From positions 1 to 20,933 of the forward strand of contig CAYHAA010000016.1 of the NCBI GenBank assembly GCA_964354495.1: DNA of 20,933 nucleotides, in the 5' to 3' direction. The translations under genes were made by a program, and so were the position numbers. A model generated the notes under the pieces. The model did no database searches. It saw only the letters and a program-made list of their open reading frames with translations, and was not told the DNA's origin. Below are positions 1 through 8,573 of the stretch, piece by piece; within the stretch, counting starts at the first letter, position 1; the number at the start of each line of letters is the position of its first letter. Source of the stretch: an uncultured archaeon. Its GTDB lineage: Archaea > Asgardarchaeota > Thorarchaeia > Thorarchaeales > Thorarchaeaceae.

Positions 1-8
1 GGAGTCAG

Positions 9-509
9 ATGGTCTGTGACCTGACAACCTCTGAACTGAAGGAGCCGGACCTCCCAGAGGGATTCTCTCTGAGACGACTTGTCGAGGTCAGTAATGAAGA
101 GATATGGCCCTGCTATAACGGGACATTCCGCTCCAGTGGTGACAGGCGCTACCTGAATCAGACGGAGGCTCAGCGTAGAGAGAACTTCGATGACTTCTTC
201 GGTAGGTCAAAGCCAATTGAGGAGGATGCCTCGCTACTTCTCTATGCAGGGGACAGGATTGTTGGGTTCCATAAGATCGACATCATCCGCGAGGGAGGGT
301 TTGTGAATGGGGTTGGGATACACCCGGAGTTCAGGAGAAGAGGATTGGGCAGGTTGTTGATGACTGCAAGCCTTGTCCGCGCAGCTCAGAACAAGATGGC
401 AACTGTGATTCTTGAGGTGGACATTGAGAACCATCGGGCGATTGCCCTCTATGAGCAACTCGGATTCGTGAAACGAAGAGGGTCAATCAGCCATGTTTGG
501 ACAGCATAG
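9..509 (+). CDS. GNAT-family N-acetyltransferase, probably the C-terminal part of a longer gene that starts before the window
   Basis: Acetyl-CoA motif A is present (GVGIHPEFRRRGLGRLLM), followed by LEVDIENHRAIALYEQLGF. The frame is open back to the window edge, so the ATG at 9 may be internal. Confidence 0.9.
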   Translation: MVCDLTTSELKEPDLPEGFSLRRLVEVSNEEIWPCYNGTFRSSGDRRYLNQTEAQRRENFDDFFGRSKPIEEDASLLLYAGDRIVGFHKIDIIREGGFVNGVGIHPEFRRRGLGRLLMTASLVRAAQNKMATVILEVDIENHRAIALYEQLGFVKRRGSISHVWTA

Positions 510-713
510 TAGGTTGATGCAATGTATGCCTATTTAGAACTTTTTCAGTCATAGCTTTAATGGATTCATAAACGCCACTGGAATCGCAAAGCAAATGAAG
601 ATGAGAAGAACTAATGAATCAAGGATGGCTCGAATAAGCCTTCAAATGCGTAGATGAAAACAAGGTGGTTCAAATATCCGAATGCTGTGATGTCTATTCA
701 TTATGAGCCCGTT

Positions 714-3533
714 CTAAATTATCTGAGTGAGTGGCCACCAACGAGGAACGCGCGGGTCAAAAGCATCGGGTTGGATTATTCCTGTTCTATCAAGTGTAGC
801 TAGTAATTTTCTTAAGCCCAACATTTCGGTAGTAACCCATATGTAGACTAAAGCGAACGTAGAAGAATCAATTAGTGTGACGTGTCTATCGCTCGAGATA
901 TTATGTAAATCTCTGTGAAACGAGGGGGAACCAATTGTTATCCAATGAGTAGAATCGCCGCGGCATTTCTTGAGAACTGATAGAGCTTTGTCATGACTTT
1001 CAATCGGAGCGGCATTTTTCTGTATTTTCGCCTCAAAGCAGAATTTCAATGGATTCTCATCATCTTTGAAAACAAGATACGATTCCGGACGTGGTATTCT
1101 TGATCCGGTTCCTCTATCTCGAACTTGTCGTGCAATTAACTGCTTTGGCCAGGTATTGGCAATTCCGTCAATTGCCATTCGAACGCCTTCCTCAAAATCA
1201 TCATCATTCGAGAGAAGTTTTTCAATTATTTCATCATGGACAAAGAGATGTCTAGAAAGCAATCGTACATACTCAATGCGACGCTTTTCAATATCATCAA
1301 TTAGAAGTAGAGCTCGAGTTTTGGCTATAAAGAAATCATCACGCCTCATTCTGGCGTCCTTTTCTGGGAACGACTCGTAGGGAAATTCTAGAAGTTCCAT
1401 AGGTGTGGATATCCCAAGGTTGTTCAGCTGCTCAAGGATTTTCCGTCCATCCTCTCTTCGTCGTAATAATCTTGCCAACTCGATTTTGTCGTTATCAGCT
1501 CCTAACTCGAGACTATCGCACAGGAGCTGTAATTGCTTGATAAGGTGCTCATTGGTACCGATGTTATTTGGACTACATCTCCTAGCGATATCCAAGTAGT
1601 ATTGAAGCATTTCAACAGCATTAGGAACATATCGTTCAATCAGTTCTTCACCTGAACCGTCTTCGCCCATGAGCTGACCAATATCGTCCAGCGATTTTCC
1701 AGAAATCCATTCGTTTAGAAGAACTGCAATAATGAATGCATTCTTGGTTCGGTTCCTTGCTGATAAAGCAGTACTGCGGGCTGATTGATTGACCTTTGAA
1801 AGATATGTATTGAATGTTGAGGGATCTCTAATTTCTACAGGAACAAATACGCTATCAAATCGACTTGTTAAGCAGATATAGAATAGAACTGCCACTCGGT
1901 CAAAAGCACCTCTCTCATCAACAAGGTTTTCGGGCTTCAAATTGGAAACAAGGAAAGCACTGTCATCAGGTCGGGCTCCGCAAGATGCAGCAGCGAATCC
2001 AAGACTTGTGCAATTGTATCTCGGACCTGAGCCTGTATCCTGAGCGAAAACAAAATCAAATGTCTGAAGAGTTACAAGAGCGTCGCCAATCTTTTCTGAA
2101 ATCTGCGAGTCAATCTCTGGAGCTCCGAAACTTTTGGATACAATCTTTTCAAGCTCAGAAAGCGCTCCTAAGCCCTGAGAAATCCATGATAGAAGGGCAC
2201 CTTGTGTTTCAGAGGGGTTTCGTAGAAGATATGATTCCAGTTTTGGTGTTGGATTTCGAATGTACTCCTCAAGTGATGAATGCATTTCCAACTGGGCTTC
2301 GCAGAGAATAATGCTCTCTCCGGTTTCTTGATACTGAGGTCGACCTGCTCGCCCAGCCATATTTCGATACTGAATAGGCGATAGTGCTTGGGGACCAGCT
2401 TTTGTATCAATGAAGTAAACACGAGAAGCTGGTAGATTTACTCCAACACCCAAAGTTGTTGTTGCCACAAGGACAAGAATACGATTTTCGATGAATTGGT
2501 TTTCAATTAAGGACCTAAGATTTCTCCCTAGACCTGCGTGATGGTATGCAACACCAGTTGAAAACAAACTCTTGAAGGAATCTAGTGTTGATGATGATGA
2601 GTATCGAGTGTCTTTCAATTGATTGTGCAAATGCCGAATTTCATCTTCGGAGATGTCGATATCTCCTGACGCGATAGGCTCACTTAGGGTCCTAGATATT
2701 TGTTGCGAGATGGTTCGTGCTTCACGTCTTGTTGGTGCAAAAACAAGGATTTGTGGTTTCGTTGGTCCCTCTCGTTTCTGCAAATAGTTTCTACAGCATT
2801 CATTTAGTAAGGATAGCTTGCTTTCGATCCTATCCACTGGAAGCGGTTCCTCCCTGATAAGTTCCCCATCTTTGTAGAATTCGATTGTCAGTTTCTCCGG
2901 ATTTACAATGCCTTCAAAGAGAGAGTTTTTCCTCCATTTTGTAGATACATAATACTCGCCACATCCTAACCATTTATGAACCTCATCAAGATTCGATACT
3001 ACAGAACATAGAGCAAGAATTGGAGGATGCTCAGGGAGAGTTAGCAATCTTGTTATGGCTGCTTCCTGACGTGGACCCCGAGTGGACTCCTCAATGAAGT
3101 GAAGCTCATCTACTATAAGCAAATCACAGTTTAGTATCCTGTCTATTTCACTCTTTAGAAATAATTGAAAGAGTTCATATGTCAAAACTAGGAAATTGCA
3201 TTTGAGCGATGATTCATCATCAAAAGCTTGATCGCCGGTCCAGATTCCAACTTCTCTTCCAAACGGGGGTTTTTCGAGAAATGAAAACTTCTCATATATT
3301 TCTCGGGCCATCGCCTTATATGGCACTAGATATAGTATCTGAGCCGTGTGTTTTTCGTGAAGCTTTCGAACCACCGCCAATTCAGCGATGAGAGTCTTGC
3401 CACTGCCATGCGGCGCACTAACCACAAAACTCCTCCACTTCGAGTCAAGAAGGCCTTTATTCACGGCTTCTTCTTGTAAGGGCCAGAGTTGACCATCTGT
3501 CTTTCTGCTCAGTATTTCTAGATATGCTGGCAT
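714..3533 (-). CDS. Ski2/Hel308-like SF2 DExH helicase with a C-terminal Mrr-like PD-(D/E)xK nuclease domain
   Basis: Motif I APHGSGKT, II VDELH, IV LVFAPTRREA, GVAYHHAGL, V VATTTLGVGVNLPA, VI NMAGRAGRP. A winged-helix/ratchet region follows. The extra C-terminal region reads RPE-x(15)-FEAK...SPSF...VTLIDSSTF. The helicase call is confident; the nuclease domain is less so. Confidence 0.88.
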   Translation of the reverse strand: MPAYLEILSRKTDGQLWPLQEEAVNKGLLDSKWRSFVVSAPHGSGKTLIAELAVVRKLHEKHTAQILYLVPYKAMAREIYEKFSFLEKPPFGREVGIWTGDQAFDDESSLKCNFLVLTYELFQLFLKSEIDRILNCDLLIVDELHFIEESTRGPRQEAAITRLLTLPEHPPILALCSVVSNLDEVHKWLGCGEYYVSTKWRKNSLFEGIVNPEKLTIEFYKDGELIREEPLPVDRIESKLSLLNECCRNYLQKREGPTKPQILVFAPTRREARTISQQISRTLSEPIASGDIDISEDEIRHLHNQLKDTRYSSSSTLDSFKSLFSTGVAYHHAGLGRNLRSLIENQFIENRILVLVATTTLGVGVNLPASRVYFIDTKAGPQALSPIQYRNMAGRAGRPQYQETGESIILCEAQLEMHSSLEEYIRNPTPKLESYLLRNPSETQGALLSWISQGLGALSELEKIVSKSFGAPEIDSQISEKIGDALVTLQTFDFVFAQDTGSGPRYNCTSLGFAAASCGARPDDSAFLVSNLKPENLVDERGAFDRVAVLFYICLTSRFDSVFVPVEIRDPSTFNTYLSKVNQSARSTALSARNRTKNAFIIAVLLNEWISGKSLDDIGQLMGEDGSGEELIERYVPNAVEMLQYYLDIARRCSPNNIGTNEHLIKQLQLLCDSLELGADNDKIELARLLRRREDGRKILEQLNNLGISTPMELLEFPYESFPEKDARMRRDDFFIAKTRALLLIDDIEKRRIEYVRLLSRHLFVHDEIIEKLLSNDDDFEEGVRMAIDGIANTWPKQLIARQVRDRGTGSRIPRPESYLVFKDDENPLKFCFEAKIQKNAAPIESHDKALSVLKKCRGDSTHWITIGSPSFHRDLHNISSDRHVTLIDSSTFALVYIWVTTEMLGLRKLLATLDRTGIIQPDAFDPRVPRWWPLTQII

Positions 3534-4007
3534 GAAATAGTCCTTGAGATCTAAAATCCGAATATGATATCACCTGCCCCGTCTTGTGCCCTACCGTGTT
3601 GAAAGCACATTTCATCATATAAGAGTTCGGTATCAATCTGCAGCTTTGGCATATTGAGTATTATAGAGCAGAGTGTACCAATGAGGTCAATTATCTTATA
3701 CACATATTAGCAGGATGAGTTGACCTACTCTGACTAGTCTGATTATGAACTTGAGTTTTCGTCGCCGTTGTCACATCGCCTTTAATTGGTTTGGAGATTA
3801 GTTCATCAGTGATATCAAGCGCCGCTCGTTCGTCTAGAAGGATCTCTTTTTCCACGACATGGGCCCCAGTCAATTTTGCTTTGGCTTATATTTGACGGCT
3901 GTTTGTGTGAACCTCTTTTGGAGTATCCAATAGTAATTGCTTGTAAGGCGGTACGCTTATGAGATACAGAAATGAATCGCAAAAGAGAACTACTGGAATG
4001 AGTTATA

Positions 4008-4880
4008 ATGGGCAATGATATTCCAAAGCCATTCTTGAAATGGGCCGGGGGCAAAGGTCAACTTCTAGATGATATTGAAAGTAGTCTACCCCCGAAATTC
4101 AATAGATACTTTGAGCCTTTTATGGGAGGCGGGGCTGCTTTCTTTCACTTATATCGGCAAGGTTTCGAAGGAGATATGTTTCTATCTGACCTTAATGAAG
4201 AACTAGTAACAGCATATTTGACAATACGTAATTCTGTTGAGGATCTGATTGCTGAGCTTCAAGATGGAACCTATGAAGCAGAGAAAGATGCATTCTATGA
4301 GATACGAGAATGGGATAGACAACCAGACTGGAAAACTACGGATCCGGTGCGTAAAACAGCTCGTATGATATACTTGAACAGAACCTGCTACAACGGACTG
4401 TATCGAGTGAATCAAAAGGGACAATTCAATGTACCCTATGGAAGATATAAGAATCCAACAATCTGTGATGAAGAAAACTTGCGAGCAGTAAGTGCGTCCC
4501 TCAAAAACGCGGAAATCAGGTGTTTTGATTTTGCTGATGCTGTGAAGACAGCAAAAAGGGGGGACCTCATCTACTTTGATCCGCCCTACCAACCTGTCAG
4601 CGAAACTGCATACTTTACGGATTATACTGCAGAGGGATTCGGACTGGATGAACAGAGAAGATTAGCTGCACTGTTCCAAGACCTTCACAATCGAGGGTGC
4701 CTCGTTCTAGAGAGCAACTCATCTGTAAAGGTGATCAGCGATCTCTATTCTCATCCGGATTATTACATTGATGTTGTAAAAGCCAAGAGAGCGATTAGTT
4801 GTGACCCAGAAGGGCGTGGTGAGATAGCTGAGTTGCTCATTCGTAACTATCGAGATACTAAGCAACAGAGACTTGTCTAG
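4008..4880 (+). CDS. dam: Dam/DpnM-family (D12 class, alpha group) N6-adenine DNA methyltransferase, likely GATC-specific
   Basis: FLKWAGGK, YFEPFMGGGA (motif I), DLN, YLNRTCYNGLYRVNQKGQFNVPYG, YFDPPY (motif IV) and FTDY are all hallmarks of the Dam/DpnM family. Confidence 0.95.
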   Translation: MGNDIPKPFLKWAGGKGQLLDDIESSLPPKFNRYFEPFMGGGAAFFHLYRQGFEGDMFLSDLNEELVTAYLTIRNSVEDLIAELQDGTYEAEKDAFYEIREWDRQPDWKTTDPVRKTARMIYLNRTCYNGLYRVNQKGQFNVPYGRYKNPTICDEENLRAVSASLKNAEIRCFDFADAVKTAKRGDLIYFDPPYQPVSETAYFTDYTAEGFGLDEQRRLAALFQDLHNRGCLVLESNSSVKVISDLYSHPDYYIDVVKAKRAISCDPEGRGEIAELLIRNYRDTKQQRLV

Positions 4881-4897
4881 AGGAACTCAAACTCGTT

Positions 4898-6433
4898 TTA
4901 CTCCTTCTGATAGACAAGGATGTATTCGTGGTTTGTTTTCAGGTCCGCCGATGGCGATGTGTTAGGTTTCTCATCAGAAGTGACTATTATTATTTCACGA
5001 ATCTTAAAACTAGAAAGGGGGATTTGCCATGCTAGTAACGCTGGACTGAAAAGCACTCCACCATCTCGGAAGTCTTTCAATCGAATCGCCAGATGCCCCC
5101 CAGATCTGATCTTATCATCTAGTGATGGAATTAGGCTGGCAAGATGTTTGAGATATTGCTCAAGGTAACCCTTTCGTTGATGTTGCTCACTGAGCGACTT
5201 AAGATATAGCAGATCAACATACGCGGGCGCTTTGAACTCTTCATCTCCTTTCTTCTCTACAAACTCAATGGTGAGAATTTCACCAGCTCCCCCATATCGA
5301 TTGAGTAGATTAGCAGCTAATTGCTGCTCCCATTCTCCAGTATCTAGCACCCATGTTGTCTTACATTGCATCTCACCTAGCAGAGATGGCCTCTTAGTCT
5401 TAGATAAGTGAGGAAGAAGTGAATGCGACAGTCCGGAGGCGCCATTAATTGACTCAGAGCTGGGCTTAACAAAGACTGGCAGATACTCCTGTGATAGGAG
5501 GAGAAAATTATGCTTGATACTTGATGAATGCCAGAATCCTGTGGTTCTGCAATTATGCTGACGTTTTATGATGAGATCTTTGAGAGTGAATCCTTGCTTT
5601 AGAAACACCTCAATTGTCTGAAATCCAAGAGGAACAACTTTCTTCTTTCGCCTAGTGTCACCAATGAGGAATGCACAGACCCCATCAGATTTTAGAACTC
5701 TGAAACATTCTTCTGCAACAAGACCCATCTCTTTGATGAACTCATCAATATCTCGAAAAGATAAGTCTCCCTCAATTCCATCGCTATACTGAATGATATT
5801 TGCATAGGGAGGGTGAGTGCAGATCATGTCGACTGTCCCATCCGCAATATCAGATAGGTTTCTGGCATCACCGACAATGACAGATGGTTCGAAAAGTGCG
5901 ATCTCCCCTTGTTCTCCGAGTTTCTCTTGAACTGAAACAGAGAAATCCAGATTCCTTTTGGCCAGAGCAACAGCTGCAGGACTGATATCTCTGGCCAAAC
6001 AATTCCTTCCTAGCAACTTGGTTTCCACTGCTGTTGTGCCCGCACCACAGAACTGGTCGAGAATGATGTCCCCAGGTTTCGAGTATCGCAGTATGAGGTT
6101 CCTAGGAACATACGGAGACCAGTTGCCTCGATAGTTGCCATCATGAGTTGCCCAGCTTCCTCGGCTCTTGAAGCTCCACACTGTTGATGACTCAGGAACA
6201 AAATTCTTCGGACCCGTACCGTTGAATCTGCTTGGCGTTTTGATGAGATTGAGATTGACCCCGGTATTCTTCACAACTGCGCGCTCAATTTCCCTAAGAC
6301 CAACAGAGAACTGCTGCATTATGTGTTCATCTGTCATGCCTTCAAGTTTTGCTTGATATATGGCATCTAGATCTTTCTCGCTGGTCACCATATACACCCG
6401 AATCTCGTTACTGTATTCCTTTCCAGAGTACAT
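4898..6433 (-). CDS. Amino (N6A/N4C) DNA methyltransferase with an N-terminal HTH-like segment and a degenerate second MTase domain
   Basis: TVWSF..RGSWATH.GNYRGNWSPYVPRNLILRYS, motif I DQFCGAGTT, motif IV THPPY, and KRQHNCRTTGFW...NFLLLSQEYL. The start may be the ATG at 6391 (MVTSEK), which is preceded by a GGGTG SD-like sequence. Confidence 0.9.
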   Translation of the reverse strand: MYSGKEYSNEIRVYMVTSEKDLDAIYQAKLEGMTDEHIMQQFSVGLREIERAVVKNTGVNLNLIKTPSRFNGTGPKNFVPESSTVWSFKSRGSWATHDGNYRGNWSPYVPRNLILRYSKPGDIILDQFCGAGTTAVETKLLGRNCLARDISPAAVALAKRNLDFSVSVQEKLGEQGEIALFEPSVIVGDARNLSDIADGTVDMICTHPPYANIIQYSDGIEGDLSFRDIDEFIKEMGLVAEECFRVLKSDGVCAFLIGDTRRKKKVVPLGFQTIEVFLKQGFTLKDLIIKRQHNCRTTGFWHSSSIKHNFLLLSQEYLPVFVKPSSESINGASGLSHSLLPHLSKTKRPSLLGEMQCKTTWVLDTGEWEQQLAANLLNRYGGAGEILTIEFVEKKGDEEFKAPAYVDLLYLKSLSEQHQRKGYLEQYLKHLASLIPSLDDKIRSGGHLAIRLKDFRDGGVLFSPALLAWQIPLSSFKIREIIIVTSDEKPNTSPSADLKTNHEYILVYQKE

Positions 6434-6538
6434 ATACCCCTCGAAAAGGGAACTGCATCATGAGAAAGAGTATGGTTAAGTGTAATAAGAAAGTCTGGAA
6501 CCAATAGAAGTAGCTCGTAGTAAGAGGCGAGATGAAGC

Positions 6539-7717
6539 GTGGACTCAAGTGAGTTGGATAAGAGATATGCCCGCTTTTCGGGATTGGTTCATTTTCTTGA
6601 TCCATCCAAGGATATTGAGGAAACCCCTATCGATATCGATCTCTCAAAGTATGATGATGTACTGGAATTCTTAGATCAGAAACACAGTGTCACAGTTGAG
6701 GAGTTGGCGGGATTGTTCCTTAAAGCGCCTGAAGCGATTCGCTTGTTTGAATTGATACTGCAACTCTCAAACTTCACCACAGCGCAGCGTACATTTCTCA
6801 TGTTCGATCTAGAACTTCTGAATTCATCAAAGCCAGATGACTCAGTTGGTTATATCTTGAGCGAACTGGCCGCCGATGATTCATTTAGGAAGCAAGCAAT
6901 GAAAGTGGGAATCTTGAAGCCGGATGAGTTGCCAGAATTAGGTCGACTCAGTAGCGATGAAAAACTTGTCTTCCTAGCCAGATCAAAGAGACTGATTGCT
7001 GATTACTGCAAAAAGAAAGATACCAGACCTATTCAAGAGAGGCTGAGAATTTCTGAGAAAACGCGAATGAGAGCAGCTAAATATCTCATTGAAAACAGAG
7101 GGCTAAACGATATCCTTCAGGGAATTAAGCCGAGAGTCTTCATTGAGAAAAAGCGCATCCCAGTTGATACAAAGACTAGTCACGGAAAGTACTCTACAAG
7201 AATACTTGAGAATATTCTTGTCAAGGCGGGATTCGAAGGTAGTGACAACAAGGGCCCGTGCAGTAGTATGATGATTCCAAGAACAGGCAGAGTACAGCAA
7301 TTGCTTGGTGATGCTAGCAAATCGCTAAGTTACTGCAAAGAGCGAGAAGTCGAATCCTTATCTCGACCGGGTTCCTCAGTGTCAAGTGAGTCTGTTTCAA
7401 CTGGTGCTGAAACATCCAAACGTTTCGATTTCGTACTCCTATTTGATAACATACCTAAGGTTGTTATCGAAATCAACTTTTTCACAACCAGCGGCTCAAA
7501 GATTGGCATAAACGAAAAGGAGTATCTCGCGCTTCACAAGAAGATCACTGAAACAGAGAATGGGCTGAGATTCATCTGGGTGACTGATGGTAGCTATTGG
7601 CTCACCCAAACAGGAAGGAAGAGTTTTCGAAAACTGGCTCCGTTGTTTCATGATGATTTGAAGAATCTTGCCATGTTTGCGGAAGATCTACGTAACATCA
7701 AACGAGATATGAAGTGA
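6539..7717 (+). CDS. DpnII-family type II restriction endonuclease (divergent, elongated)
   Basis: The C-terminal catalytic region KRFDFVL...VIEINFFTTSGSK...EY...FIWVTDGSYW matches the DpnII-family pattern as I recall it (KRFDF...IE.NFY...GSK...F.W.TDG.GW). The gene is adjacent to two MTases and has a GTG start. Confidence 0.85.
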   Translation: MDSSELDKRYARFSGLVHFLDPSKDIEETPIDIDLSKYDDVLEFLDQKHSVTVEELAGLFLKAPEAIRLFELILQLSNFTTAQRTFLMFDLELLNSSKPDDSVGYILSELAADDSFRKQAMKVGILKPDELPELGRLSSDEKLVFLARSKRLIADYCKKKDTRPIQERLRISEKTRMRAAKYLIENRGLNDILQGIKPRVFIEKKRIPVDTKTSHGKYSTRILENILVKAGFEGSDNKGPCSSMMIPRTGRVQQLLGDASKSLSYCKEREVESLSRPGSSVSSESVSTGAETSKRFDFVLLFDNIPKVVIEINFFTTSGSKIGINEKEYLALHKKITETENGLRFIWVTDGSYWLTQTGRKSFRKLAPLFHDDLKNLAMFAEDLRNIKRDMK

Positions 7718-7727
7718 ACTATGGAGA

Positions 7728-8459
7728 TCAGGGTTTCATTCGTGTCTCAATATCTCCATACTTCTGTTTGAAGGCCAACATTTCATAGACCTCGCTTCCT
7801 CTCAGAATCGTGGTGTTACCTGCAATCTCATGGAAGGATCCATTAAGTAGATACTCAGCTTTCTCTGCATCTTTGGTACTTGTCACTACTAGAAAAATAT
7901 CGGAGCTCCAGAGATCTCGTGCATGCTTGAGTTTGGTAAGTGCACCTTCAATACTTCCAGATACCTGGACTTCAAAGACCTTGGCAGGAGATCCTGACTT
8001 GACACGTTTCCAGATCACATCATAGCGATTATGTTCATGAATGTACTCAGCCTCAGGATGCATGCCATATGATTCAGCTAGTTTCACGATCATCTCTTGA
8101 AGAGTGTCATGATCAAATGTCTTTGGCATCTGTCGTGTCCTTGAAGTTTCTTTTTCCGCCAAAGTTGTTTGGATTGTATTCGCGTAATGCTGAACTTGAA
8201 CATGCCATTCACGACCTTCAGAAACAGGCGAGAAAACCAAATAATCCCCTGCTTTGGTATCTGGATGCTGCCTTAAGATTTCGTCGAGCTTCAGTCTATT
8301 CTGCCTATCAATGTGAGCCTTAAAAATGACTCCATCTCCCCTCAGTTCAAAAGCCACATCGGCCGGCGGAAACCACTCACGATACCTCTCTAAGGCTCTT
8401 AGCTTGTACTTCAGAGCGGACTTTCTTAGCTGCAGTCGAAATTCGTGTGGTTCCTTCAA
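7728..8459 (-). CDS. Hypothetical protein: small N-terminal beta-rich (B3/EcoRII-N-like?) domain plus a C-terminal PD-(D/E)xK nuclease domain
   Basis: The C-terminal half HDTLQEMIVKLA...RYDVIWKR...VFEVQVSG...ALTKLKHARDLW has PD-(D/E)xK spacing (D...EVQ). The gene is co-oriented with dndA, lies 114 nt downstream of it, and has a TTG start. Confidence 0.7.
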   Translation of the reverse strand: MKEPHEFRLQLRKSALKYKLRALERYREWFPPADVAFELRGDGVIFKAHIDRQNRLKLDEILRQHPDTKAGDYLVFSPVSEGREWHVQVQHYANTIQTTLAEKETSRTRQMPKTFDHDTLQEMIVKLAESYGMHPEAEYIHEHNRYDVIWKRVKSGSPAKVFEVQVSGSIEGALTKLKHARDLWSSDIFLVVTSTKDAEKAEYLLNGSFHEIAGNTTILRGSEVYEMLAFKQKYGDIETRMKP

Positions 8460-8573
8460 TTCATTCCCGATGCTATGTACAGGTTGTTAGCTATAAGAAT
8501 TGTATCATCACACGTAGCTTTGCTTCTCAGATCGCTTCGAAGACTTGTCAGGCATCCAAAATCATTCAGTGGA

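Noticed and set aside
510-713. Search for att/direct repeats shared with the right island edge (AATGAATC occurs on both sides)
   Set aside because: Only an 8-nt AT-rich match, with no tRNA or integrase to anchor it.
3684-3726. 7-bp inverted repeat AGGTCAA...TTGACCT
   Set aside because: It does not extend, has a 29-nt spacer, and is expected by chance.
3691-3873. 60-aa minus-strand ORF (TTG start) between the helicase and dam, with a TATA-like TATAAG upstream
   Set aside because: No recognisable motif, and too short to be a HamA-like partner. It could be a small gene or remnant, but the sequence alone does not support it.
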